The position numbers and the translations under genes are program-made. This document shows positions 16,229-24,955 of a stretch of 51,955 nucleotides of DNA, piece after piece. The notes under the pieces were generated by a model. The model did not search any database. It saw only the letters and a list, made by a program, of their open reading frames with translations, and had not been told where the DNA came from. The stretch covers positions 1 to 51,955 of the forward strand of contig JAUZOW010000001.1 of assembly GCA_030706225.1 (NCBI GenBank). Direction: 5' to 3'. This stretch comes from Bacteroidota bacterium. Lineage in GTDB: Bacteria; Bacteroidota; Bacteroidia; Bacteroidales; FEN-979. Numbering within the stretch: the stretch's first letter is position 1; each line of letters begins with the position of its first letter.

Positions 16229-19200
16229 ATGAACATCTATAAGAAAGTGAACACCCTCCTCGGGTGGTTTGTATTTGCAATCGCTTCCACAGTGTACATT
16301 ATAACTTCCGAACCCACAATGAGCTTTTGGGATTGCGGAGAGTATATCTCGACGGCATTCAAGTTGGAAGTTGGCCATCCTCCCGGAGCCCCCTTGTTTC
16401 AATTGATCGGACGGTTCTTTTCGTTGTTTGCCTTTGGGGATGTCAAACTGGTTGCACGGATGGTTAATACCATGTCGGCTCTTTGCAGCGGTCTGACAAT
16501 TGCTTTCCTTTTCTGGTCTATTACACTGATTGCCAAAAAGATATTGTTGAAAAAAGGTGAAATCACCCAGCCCCGCATGCTGATGATCATGGGAGCAGGT
16601 CTTATCGGTTCACTGGCATATACTTTCACAGATTCATTTTGGTTTTCAGCCGTTGAAGGCGAAGTATATGCAATGTCCTCTTTCTTTACAGCCGTTGTTT
16701 TCTGGTCCATTCTGAAATGGGACGAACAGGCCGATGAACCTCATTCGCACCGGTGGATTCTTCTGATTGCTTACCTGGTAGGATTGTCCATTGGAGTGCA
16801 TATGCTTAACCTGCTTACAATCCCGGCTTTGACCTTTGTCTATTATTTCAGAAAACATCCTTCTTTTACCTGGAAAGGATTTTTTGCAACTTTGGTTGTG
16901 TCGGTTGTACTTCTTGCTATTGTAATGTATGTTATCATCCCGGGAGTTGTCAGCCTGGCCGGATGGTTTGAGCTGTTTTTCGTAAACAGTTTCGGACTGC
17001 CTTTCAACTGGGGAACACTGATATATTTTGTTCTTCTGACCGGATTACTGGTTTGGGGATTGATCTATACAAGAAAAAAGACAAAAGTTGTAATGAATAC
17101 CATTCTGCTTTCGCTGGTCTTTATCCTTATAGGTTATACTTCCTTCTTGATGCTGGTCATCCGCAGTAATGCGGAAACCCCGCTGGATGAAAACAATCCG
17201 GAAAATGCCATGTACCTTCTTTCTTATCTTAACAGAGAGCAATACGGTGATTGGCCTATTCTGAAAGGGCCCTATTATAATGCACCGGTTATTGACCGGA
17301 AAGACGGAAATCCGACATACACTAAAAACCGGGCTTCCGGAAAATATGTGATCACGGATAAGAAAGAAAAGTCGGTTTCGGTTTATGATCCCCGCTTTAC
17401 AACGATATTCCCGCGTATGTGGTCTTCTTCGGAAAAGAAACACGCAGAGGAATATATCCGGTGGGGGAAAGTTACCGGCGTCCCTATACAGGTTCAATCC
17501 GGTGAACAAACCGAAACTTTGAACAAACCTACTTTTGGTGAAAACCTTCGCTTTTTCTGGAATTACCAGGTCGTTCATATGTACTACCGGTACTTTATGT
17601 GGAATTTTGCCGGGAAACAGAATGACAACCAGGGCCTGGGTAATAAAATCGACGGGAACTGGAAAAGTGGAATTCCTTTTATTGATAAATCGCGGCTGGG
17701 GCCTCAGGAGAATGCTCCTGCATCTGCATCATCGCGTGGGGATAATAAATTTTATTTTCTGCCTCTCATTCTGGGTTTGATAGGGTTGTATTTTACGATC
17801 CGCCAGGATAAGAAAAGCGCCTGGGTGATCTTCCTGCTGTTTTTTATGACAGGGTTTGCGATCATTCTGTACCTTAACCAGTATGCTCCGCAGCCCAGGG
17901 AACGGGATTATGCTTATGTCGGTTCATTCTATGCATTTGCGATCTGGATCGGACTGGGAGTGATCCAGCTTTCAGAATGGCTTGGTAAAGTTTTGAAACC
18001 GGCAAATTTATCACCTGTTATTGTTACTGTCGTTACACTGCTTTGTGTACCATGTCTGATGGCTCAGCAGTGTTGGGATGATCATGATCGTTCCGGCAGG
18101 CGAACTGCGCTGGCTGTCGCAATGAATTACCTGAACTCCTGCGCTCCCCATGCCATTTTGTTCACCTTCGGCGATAATGATACTTTTCCTCTCTGGTATG
18201 CCCAGGAAGTGGAAGGGATCCGGACCGATGTACGTGTAGTCAACCTGAGCCTTCTGAATATGGATTGGTGTGTGGATCAGATCAAACGCAAAGCATATGA
18301 TTCAGATCCTCTGCCGGTTTCACTCACATGGGATCGCTATCATAATGGAGATCATGATATTACATATATTATGGAACAGGATCAATTCAAGAATGGTTTT
18401 ACAAATCTTCATGATATCTACTGGCTTATTGAGAACCACGAAGACAAACTGAAACTTGCTACATCGCAGTATGGAACAGTTGATTTTATTCCAACGCGGA
18501 ATTTCATGATCCCCTGTAATCCCGATAACATTAAAAGTGAAGGATTGGTACCATCAAAATACTGGTCAAGACTGGATACCATGAAATGGACATTTAAAGG
18601 TCAGGGATTGCAAAAGAATGATCTGATTTTACTGGATATTGTTTCCAATAATAATTGGAAGCGACCCATTTACTTTACTGCCACTATGTCTGTTGATCCC
18701 ATGGCCGGACTTGATAAATTCCTGTTTCTGGAAGGACTTACTTACCGGGTGTTACCTGTCAATGCAAAACCCGATGCCGGACAGATGGGAGAAGTCAATA
18801 CGGATGTCATGTACAATAACATGATGAACAAGTTCTACTGGGGGAATATCCAGAATTTGCATGTTTATATTGATGAACAGAATCAGCGTACTAATATGAA
18901 CTACCGGAATTCCTTTGCCAGGCTGGCAAATGCGTTGATCAGTGAAGGGAAGAGGGATTCAGCGCGCCGGGTTCTTGACCGTTGTATCGAAGTCATTCCT
19001 GAAAAACAATCGCCATACGATTATTTCATGGCTCCGGTAGCAGAAGGTTATTTTAAAATCGGGGAAACATCCAAAGGATTGGATATCGCTTCAAAAATCT
19101 TTAAAGGAGCTGACCAATCATTATATTGGTATTGTTCATTTCCTTCCAGTGAATACAAGAACATGGAAATGTATTTTCAGGAACAAATCATGACACTCCA

Positions 19201-19324
19201 GAAACTTGGAGAAATAATGAAGGAAACCGGACAGGATAAGGATCCTCTGTATACGAAAGTATCCGCTTCATTCCAGCGATATTATCAATTCTACGTTTCG
19301 AATATATATCAAAGATCTGAATAG
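16229..19324 (+). CDS. DUF2723-family polytopic membrane protein (GT-C-fold glycosyltransferase-like, TMEM260 homolog)
   Basis: 1031 aa. The N-terminal motif MSFWDCGEYISTAFKLEVGHPPGAPLF is characteristic of DUF2723. About 10 hydrophobic helices are followed by a large soluble C-terminal region. Confidence 0.75.
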   Translation: MNIYKKVNTLLGWFVFAIASTVYIITSEPTMSFWDCGEYISTAFKLEVGHPPGAPLFQLIGRFFSLFAFGDVKLVARMVNTMSALCSGLTIAFLFWSITLIAKKILLKKGEITQPRMLMIMGAGLIGSLAYTFTDSFWFSAVEGEVYAMSSFFTAVVFWSILKWDEQADEPHSHRWILLIAYLVGLSIGVHMLNLLTIPALTFVYYFRKHPSFTWKGFFATLVVSVVLLAIVMYVIIPGVVSLAGWFELFFVNSFGLPFNWGTLIYFVLLTGLLVWGLIYTRKKTKVVMNTILLSLVFILIGYTSFLMLVIRSNAETPLDENNPENAMYLLSYLNREQYGDWPILKGPYYNAPVIDRKDGNPTYTKNRASGKYVITDKKEKSVSVYDPRFTTIFPRMWSSSEKKHAEEYIRWGKVTGVPIQVQSGEQTETLNKPTFGENLRFFWNYQVVHMYYRYFMWNFAGKQNDNQGLGNKIDGNWKSGIPFIDKSRLGPQENAPASASSRGDNKFYFLPLILGLIGLYFTIRQDKKSAWVIFLLFFMTGFAIILYLNQYAPQPRERDYAYVGSFYAFAIWIGLGVIQLSEWLGKVLKPANLSPVIVTVVTLLCVPCLMAQQCWDDHDRSGRRTALAVAMNYLNSCAPHAILFTFGDNDTFPLWYAQEVEGIRTDVRVVNLSLLNMDWCVDQIKRKAYDSDPLPVSLTWDRYHNGDHDITYIMEQDQFKNGFTNLHDIYWLIENHEDKLKLATSQYGTVDFIPTRNFMIPCNPDNIKSEGLVPSKYWSRLDTMKWTFKGQGLQKNDLILLDIVSNNNWKRPIYFTATMSVDPMAGLDKFLFLEGLTYRVLPVNAKPDAGQMGEVNTDVMYNNMMNKFYWGNIQNLHVYIDEQNQRTNMNYRNSFARLANALISEGKRDSARRVLDRCIEVIPEKQSPYDYFMAPVAEGYFKIGETSKGLDIASKIFKGADQSLYWYCSFPSSEYKNMEMYFQEQIMTLQKLGEIMKETGQDKDPLYTKVSASFQRYYQFYVSNIYQRSE

Positions 19325-19325
19325 A

Positions 19326-19943
19326 ATGCCCGGAACCGGCATACCGTTTATTTTCCGTTTTTTCAATACGGAATACCTGGCGTGCAGTATCCCGGGCCGG
19401 GAGAAGGTGTTATATCTTACTTTTGATGACGGTCCCATCCCGGAGATTACTCCTGCTGTATTGGATATTCTCCGGGATCGCGACGCCAAAGCCACTTTTT
19501 TTTGCGTTGGAGATAATGTCAGAAAATATCCCGAGATCTTCAAACAGATAGTTGAAGAAGGCCACGGGATCGGCAACCATACCTTCAACCATATGAATGG
19601 CTGGAAGACTCCGCCCGGTGAGTACTTTGAGAATGTCATGCGTTGTAATGAATTTTTCACTACACACCTTTTCCGTCCTCCATACGGGAAATTCACCCCA
19701 AGTCAATATATGATGCTGAAAAAGGATTTCCGCTTTATTATGTGGTCGGTTCTGACACTCGATTATCATCATGGAACTTCACCGGAGCAATGCCTGAAAA
19801 ATTCCATTCAACATACCGGCTCCGGCGATATTGTTGTATTCCATAACAATATTAAGGCAGTGGAAAACTTGTACTATGCTTTACCACGATTTCTTGATCA
19901 CTTTAAGGAAGCCGGATATGAGTTCAGAAAAATAACCGGATGA
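19326..19943 (+). CDS. Polysaccharide deacetylase (NodB-homology, CE4-like)
   Basis: 205 aa. It carries LTFDDGP, ATFFCVG and GNHTFNH motifs. The ATG lies 1 nt after the DUF2723 stop, so the genes are probably coupled. Confidence 0.85.
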   Translation: MPGTGIPFIFRFFNTEYLACSIPGREKVLYLTFDDGPIPEITPAVLDILRDRDAKATFFCVGDNVRKYPEIFKQIVEEGHGIGNHTFNHMNGWKTPPGEYFENVMRCNEFFTTHLFRPPYGKFTPSQYMMLKKDFRFIMWSVLTLDYHHGTSPEQCLKNSIQHTGSGDIVVFHNNIKAVENLYYALPRFLDHFKEAGYEFRKITG

Positions 19944-19977
19944 ATTGATCTAAATGATCTAATTGATTTAATTGATC
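19942..19977. repeat. Four tandem 9-bp repeats (GAATTGATC TAAATGATC TAATTGATT TAATTGATC)
   Basis: Read directly. The first unit overlaps the last two bases of the deacetylase stop codon (19941-19943). Related (A/G)ATTGAT copies occur at 20114-20122 and 20144-20152. Confidence 0.7.
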
Positions 19978-20018
19978 CGTAACCCTTCCGCCACAAGCAT
20001 CTTGTCAATAAAAGCAAG

Positions 20019-20061
20019 TCTTGGCAACTTGCATTATAAAAAGAATGACATCATCCCGAAA
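20019..20061 (+). repeat. Left copy of ~43-bp imperfect direct repeat flanking the rhuM-like gene
   Basis: TCTTGGCAACTTGCATTATAAAAAGAATGACATCATCCCGAAA here versus TCTTGGCAATTTGCGTTAAAAAAAGAATGACATCATCCGGAAA at 21253-21295. About 39/43 positions are identical. Confidence 0.85.
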
Positions 20062-20183
20062 AGAAAAGCAAAATTAAAATAATCCTATTTTGATGACTTT
20101 AACATTCAAAGAGGGATTGATGAAAGTTAAAAATTGTTTGGAGGAATTGATTTGTTATTGCGAAGACAAAAAAGGTTGATACC

Positions 20184-21170
20184 ATGAACAGCGAGATACT
20201 TATATATCAAAACCAGGAAGGGACTATCAAGATAGACGTTCGCCTCGAAGAGGAGACGGTTTGGCTTACGCAAGAACAAATGGCAACATTATTCGGGAAA
20301 GCAAAATCGACAATCAATGAGCACATAAAAAATATTTATGAAGAGAAAGAGCTCGAAGAAGCAATGACAATGAAGAAATTCGGAATTTCCGAATTTCAGC
20401 AGAAAGCATCTAATTACTACAATCTTGATGTTGTGATTTCGGTTGGCTATCGGGTAAAATCATTACAAGGTACACAGTTCCGGATTTGGGCAACACAACG
20501 TCTTAAAGAGTATATTGTAAAAGGTTTCGCGCTGAATGACGAACGTTTCAAAACAGGGTCGTCAATGAATTATTTTAATGAACTTCAGGAACGTATACGC
20601 GAAATACGCATTTCGGAAAAGCTTTTCTATCAGAAAATCAAAGATATTTATAAAACCAGCATTGATTACGACCCCAATGATGAAAAAACCACAGCGTTTT
20701 TTAAAGTGGTGCAAAACAAGCTACTTTGGGCAATCAGCCAGCAAACCGCTGCCGAATTGGTTTACAGGCGGGTGGATGCTTCTTTGCCATTAATAGGCAT
20801 GCTTTCTTACGACAAAAAGGCAATAGGTCAGGTAAAGAAAGCGGAAGTAGCTATTGCAAAAAACTACCTGAACGAGGATGAAATAAAGTTACTGGGTTTA
20901 TTGGTTGAGCAATATCTTGCTTTTGCCGAAACAATGGCTCAACAACACCAACCTATGTATATGAAAGATTGGATTAAACGGTTGGATGTAATCCTGCAAT
21001 TAAACGGCCGTGAACTACTAACACATGGTGGAACTATCAGCCACCAAATGGCATTGGACAAGTCAGCCATTGAATACCAAAAATACAAGGAAATAATAAA
21101 ACAGGAAGAGAAGGAACAAAGCCTGAAAGAAATAGAAAATGATATTAAAAAGCTAAAACCGGGGAAATGA
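20184..21170 (+). CDS. rhuM: RhuM-family (virulence protein RhuM-like) protein
   Basis: 328 aa. The N-terminal pattern is typical of the RhuM family (IKIDVRLEEETVWLTQEQMATLFGK..STINEHIKNIY, NLDVVISVGYRVKS.QGTQFRIWATQRLKEYIVKGFALND). The sequence has visibly fewer CCGG tetramers and is more A-rich than the surrounding genes. Confidence 0.85.
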   Translation: MNSEILIYQNQEGTIKIDVRLEEETVWLTQEQMATLFGKAKSTINEHIKNIYEEKELEEAMTMKKFGISEFQQKASNYYNLDVVISVGYRVKSLQGTQFRIWATQRLKEYIVKGFALNDERFKTGSSMNYFNELQERIREIRISEKLFYQKIKDIYKTSIDYDPNDEKTTAFFKVVQNKLLWAISQQTAAELVYRRVDASLPLIGMLSYDKKAIGQVKKAEVAIAKNYLNEDEIKLLGLLVEQYLAFAETMAQQHQPMYMKDWIKRLDVILQLNGRELLTHGGTISHQMALDKSAIEYQKYKEIIKQEEKEQSLKEIENDIKKLKPGK

Positions 21171-21252
21171 TGCTCAACAACGACATAAAATACAGAGGTG
21201 AACTCGGGAAATCAATGAAATTTTACAAATACAGCAGCGTTGAACTTCCATT

Positions 21253-21295
21253 TCTTGGCAATTTGCGTTAAAAAAAGAATGACATCATCCGGAAA
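21253..21295 (+). repeat. Right copy of ~43-bp imperfect direct repeat flanking the rhuM-like gene
   Basis: See the left copy. This copy abuts the radC stop codon (21299-21301, minus strand). Confidence 0.85.
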
Positions 21296-21298
21296 TAA

Positions 21299-21997
21299 TT
21301 ACAGGCTTCCTTCATCCGCGAAGCTGTAATAACCGTTGTCACCTGAGATGATGTGATCCAGAACATTTATGTCCAGCAGATTTCCTGCATCCCGTATTTT
21401 TCTTGTAATTTTCATATCTGCTTCACTTGGCTGAAGATTTCCGGAGGGATGATTATGCCCCAGAATAATGGAAGAAGCATGGTGATCCAGGGCTATTTTA
21501 AAGATCTTTTTCGGATCGACCACAGTACCGGAAATGCCTCCCTCGCTGATGATGACCTTTCGGATGATTTTATTGGCTTTATTTAGCAGAAGGATCCAGA
21601 ATTCTTCGTAAGGCATGTCATCCATACTGCTTTTCAAAACTTCCCAGGCATCCCGGCTGTTCGTGATCTTCTCCCTGGCGATGACTTCCGACTCGCTTCT
21701 CCTTCGCCCCAGTTCCAACGCTGCGAGGATATTTACAGCTTTGGCTTCTCCAATTCCATTGAACTTAGTCAGCTCTTTTATTCCCATACGGGAAAGCTCA
21801 GCCAGGTTACCGTTCACTTCCTGAATGATTCTACGGGCGAGATCTACAGCTGATTCTGAACGGGTTCCGGAACCCAGCAGGATAGCCAGCAATTCGGCAT
21901 CACTAAGGGATTTTCTGCCTTTGATCAGGAGCTTCTCCCGTGGACGGTCTTCCTCTGCCCAATTCCGGATAGTGAAATGTTCCTTATATTCATCCAT
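21299..21997 (-). CDS. radC: RadC-family JAB-domain protein (UPF0758)
   Basis: 232 aa. It has the N-terminal PREKLL..G...LSDAELLAILLGSG helix-hairpin-helix region and a C-terminal JAMM-like HNHPSG..PS..D motif. Confidence 0.9.
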   Translation of the reverse strand: MDEYKEHFTIRNWAEEDRPREKLLIKGRKSLSDAELLAILLGSGTRSESAVDLARRIIQEVNGNLAELSRMGIKELTKFNGIGEAKAVNILAALELGRRRSESEVIAREKITNSRDAWEVLKSSMDDMPYEEFWILLLNKANKIIRKVIISEGGISGTVVDPKKIFKIALDHHASSIILGHNHPSGNLQPSEADMKITRKIRDAGNLLDINVLDHIISGDNGYYSFADEGSL

Positions 21998-22069
21998 CTT
22001 TTTTTTATTAATCGTTCAAAATGAAAAAGGTGATATGCTCGACCACCATTTTTTTATTACATTCGTAAA

Positions 22070-22828
22070 ATGATTGGCAATAGAATCATACGGCTTGACA
22101 AAGTAGATTCAACGAATCTCTATGCTGAAAGATGGCTTCGTGAGCATCAGGAAGACTGTGAAATGATGGAGGAAGATATTGTCATTATTTCCCGGGAGCA
22201 AACGGCAGGAAAGGGACAAGGTGAAAACCACTGGGAATCGGAAGCCGGGAAGAACCTTACATTTTCCATCATTCTGCATCCCGGTTTTCTGGATCCTTCG
22301 CTGCAGTTTCAACTAAATAAGGCCATTGCTCTGGGTGTCAGTGATTTTGTTCGTCAACAACTGAAACCTGTCCGCTGCTTTCTGAAGTGGCCAAACGATA
22401 TTTATGTGAATCAGCTTAAACTGGGAGGCATTCTGATCCAGCATCAGGTAAATGGTAAAATCCTCGAGAATTCAATCGTTGGTATTGGCCTGAACATAAA
22501 TCAATCTGTTTTTCTCCCGGAAATTCCTGAACCGGCATCTTTTTCCAATATTTCCGGGAAACAATTTGATACCGGAGAACTACTTCCTCTGGTGCTGAAA
22601 AATCTGGATTTTCGCTATAATCAGTTAAAATCAGGAAAGATAGACAAGCTGGATAAGGATTATCACGCCCGCTTGCTGGGATTTGGAAAATGGAATCGTT
22701 ACAGGGTAGGCGATGACTGGATCGAAGGATTGATGGCAGGTGTCGACGAATACGGCCAGCTTATCATCCGGGATACCGATGGGAAAGAGCACTTCTTCAG
22801 TCACGGGGTACTGAAGTTCAAACCCTGA
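22070..22828 (+). CDS. birA: Biotin-[acetyl-CoA-carboxylase] ligase (no N-terminal HTH)
   Basis: 252 aa. It carries QTAGKGQGENHWESEAGKNLTFSIIL (the GRGRxGRxW-equivalent loop) and KWPNDIY..KLGGIL. Confidence 0.85.
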   Translation: MIGNRIIRLDKVDSTNLYAERWLREHQEDCEMMEEDIVIISREQTAGKGQGENHWESEAGKNLTFSIILHPGFLDPSLQFQLNKAIALGVSDFVRQQLKPVRCFLKWPNDIYVNQLKLGGILIQHQVNGKILENSIVGIGLNINQSVFLPEIPEPASFSNISGKQFDTGELLPLVLKNLDFRYNQLKSGKIDKLDKDYHARLLGFGKWNRYRVGDDWIEGLMAGVDEYGQLIIRDTDGKEHFFSHGVLKFKP

Positions 22829-22832
22829 TATT

Positions 22833-24119
22833 TTATTCTCCTTCCAGAATAAAACCTGCCCAGAGATAGGGAAGTGAGGTTTCTTTTTTCGAAATAAAAT
22901 CAAGTTTGGTTTCCCGCAAAGCGGCAGCATATTTTTCCCCTTCCAGAATTTTTTTGTAAAAATCTTTCATAAAGGTGTATCCGTATTTGTCGGTTACATT
23001 CCAAAGCGAATAGATCACATTCCGGGCTCCTGCTTTTATGAAAGCCGTGGATAAAGATTTCCGGGATTGAAAATCGTCCGGATGATTTTTTCCTGTATAG
23101 CATCCGTTGAGTACAACAAGATTTGCGGTCAGTGGAAGTTGGATTATGTCATTATAATTGAGTATCATATCAGAATCATCGGTCCCGGAATCATTGAAAT
23201 CAGATAAAACCAGTCCTGATCCGGAGGGATCAGGATTATTGAACAATGAATGTGTGGCAAAATGGATGCAGGATTTTCCGGAGATATTTTGCTTCAGGGT
23301 ATATTTTGCAGTTTGATTATAGAGGCAGGAAGTAGCCGGAAGATTTGTATTCCTGAAAAGATCCGAAATTTCAAGGATCTCTGTTTCGGAATAAGGAAGT
23401 TGTACATACTGATTATTTTCGTTTGTCCTGAATGAAACCGGTGCAATCCCGATAAAGCTTTTTTCAGGTAAGGGTTTCTGCAAGGAAACCATTTTGTACC
23501 AGTTGTACAGAGAGGATGAATACAAAATTTCAAAACGGTTGACAAGGAAAATATCCGGATCAAATGAAGATTCTTTTTTCCTGCATTTGGGAAGATCCAT
23601 AACCAGTGCTTCAAACGGGATTTCAATCAGTTTTCCGTCGGGAATAATAATCAGTTTATGTTTTCCGGCAAGAGGGTCAAGAAACGGATAGATCAGCTGC
23701 CGGAATAAAATATTTCCGTTGTCAAGAAATTCATCTCTGTCGATCTGTTTGATCGAGTGGATGAAATGATGGACGGAGCCTATAAGACAAGGGGTTCTCT
23801 TCAATTTTTTAACCCAAAGTGAATCATGGGTGATCAGAAAAATGTACAGCAAAGAATCCTTCACCGAAAATTCAAGAATGGCTTCGTCTGGGAAAAGCTT
23901 ATTCCCAATGGTCCGTGAAAACGCTTTTTTGCAGAGGTAATGGGGTTTACAGGAAATGGATGCCGGGCAGTCATAACATAGGAAAGCCTGGCGGAATTCA
24001 CATACCGGTTCCAGAGGACAAGGATCTCCGGGACCTATGGAATAACAGACAATGGAAATCAGAATTCCCAGGATGATTGCGGGAATTCTCATCAAGCTGC
24101 AGATTGTATGTTGAAGCAT
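22833..24119 (-). CDS. Exported CHAT-domain (caspase-like Cys protease fold) protein
   Basis: 428 aa. It has an N-terminal hydrophobic signal/anchor (RIPAIILGILISIVC). The C-terminal ~200 aa show the CHAT pattern with a His/Cys dyad (CIHFATHS at H290; LVVLNGCYTGK at C340). An alternative start at M10 (24092) is possible. Confidence 0.8.
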   Translation of the reverse strand: MLQHTICSLMRIPAIILGILISIVCYSIGPGDPCPLEPVCEFRQAFLCYDCPASISCKPHYLCKKAFSRTIGNKLFPDEAILEFSVKDSLLYIFLITHDSLWVKKLKRTPCLIGSVHHFIHSIKQIDRDEFLDNGNILFRQLIYPFLDPLAGKHKLIIIPDGKLIEIPFEALVMDLPKCRKKESSFDPDIFLVNRFEILYSSSLYNWYKMVSLQKPLPEKSFIGIAPVSFRTNENNQYVQLPYSETEILEISDLFRNTNLPATSCLYNQTAKYTLKQNISGKSCIHFATHSLFNNPDPSGSGLVLSDFNDSGTDDSDMILNYNDIIQLPLTANLVVLNGCYTGKNHPDDFQSRKSLSTAFIKAGARNVIYSLWNVTDKYGYTFMKDFYKKILEGEKYAAALRETKLDFISKKETSLPYLWAGFILEGE

Positions 24120-24154
24120 AGAACATAGGTATTGGGTTGGGATAAGTTGGGCTA

Positions 24155-24955
24155 TCAGGGCTGTTTAATGATGAATTTTCCAAAATGGACGATATCCTCA
24201 TCCTCGATGATCTTATAATAATACAATCCGGGCATAAGGGATCCGGCGTGAAAGGATATTGTATCTTCTTGAATATCTGGAAAGTTCAGTTCCTGATTTC
24301 CCGTATTATTCAGAATAAACAAGCTGATTTCCTTTCTTTCACTGTTTTTCCACTTGAAAAATATTCTCTCGTTTCTGCTGAATTGTGCATCATATTCCGG
24401 CAATTCCATTTTAAAAAAGTTATTCCGCATGGCTATACCGACCAGGCTTTCCAATGCCGGATCGGGAAGGAGCCTCTCAGACAGAAGATTCACTCCGGTT
24501 GCCCGGTCTGTCATTTTGAGAGGTTTCCTTCTCTTTCCGGACTCTGGGAAGAGGTGCGTATTATTCAGGCAAATTATTTCAGATGAGTCCTTTGATGTAG
24601 TAATTATTTGATTGATGTTTTTGTTTTTTTTCTGTTTTTCAGGACAGCTTATATCATAGAAGAAAAATGAAAATACCAATCCGATAAGCAGAAAAAAGGA
24701 TGCAGCCAGGAAAAAGATGGAAGGGTCACAATTGCGGGAATTCTCCTGCTCTTTTTTTATTTTCAGGAATATTTCCCTTAGCTCCAGGATGTCCTCTTCT
24801 GATAAATAGTCATTCAGTTCTTTATCCATCCTTACTTCAGCGCGAAGACGGGGATTTTTTTCAAGTAACGAATAAAACTCTTTTAGCTCTTTTCCCTTTA
24901 AATTGCCCTGATTGAACAGGTCTATCCATTCGAAGAGCTTTTCTTTGTCATTCAT
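24155..24955 (-). CDS. Single-pass membrane protein, anti-sigma-factor-like
   Basis: 266 aa. The N-terminal ~75 aa form a helical cytoplasmic segment (W..L...G.L.G.E..EF..LL..NP.L) of the kind seen in Bacteroidota anti-sigma proteins. One TM helix follows (IFFLAASFFLLIGLVFSFFFY), then a ~165-aa extracytoplasmic domain. Its start overlaps the sigma gene stop (ATGAATGA). Confidence 0.5.
   Translation of the reverse strand: MNDKEKLFEWIDLFNQGNLKGKELKEFYSLLEKNPRLRAEVRMDKELNDYLSEEDILELREIFLKIKKEQENSRNCDPSIFFLAASFFLLIGLVFSFFFYDISCPEKQKKNKNINQIITTSKDSSEIICLNNTHLFPESGKRRKPLKMTDRATGVNLLSERLLPDPALESLVGIAMRNNFFKMELPEYDAQFSRNERIFFKWKNSERKEISLFILNNTGNQELNFPDIQEDTISFHAGSLMPGLYYYKIIEDEDIVHFGKFIIKQP

Noticed and set aside
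24158-24232. C-terminal tail GLYYYKIIEDEDIVHFGKFIIKQP of the anti-sigma-like protein as a type IX secretion C-terminal sorting domain
   Set aside because: The strand pattern is reminiscent of T9SS CTDs. However, the protein is an N-in single-pass membrane protein without a cleavable signal peptide, and the similarity is limited to about 20 residues. It is more likely the last strands of an Ig-like periplasmic domain.
24155-24955. The 266-aa protein next to the CHAT protease as a bacterial gasdermin-like pore-forming substrate
   Set aside because: The size is similar, but the protein has a central transmembrane helix and an anti-sigma-like N-terminal helical segment. It is also translationally coupled to a sigma factor gene. 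Nothing resembles the gasdermin N-terminal fold pattern.
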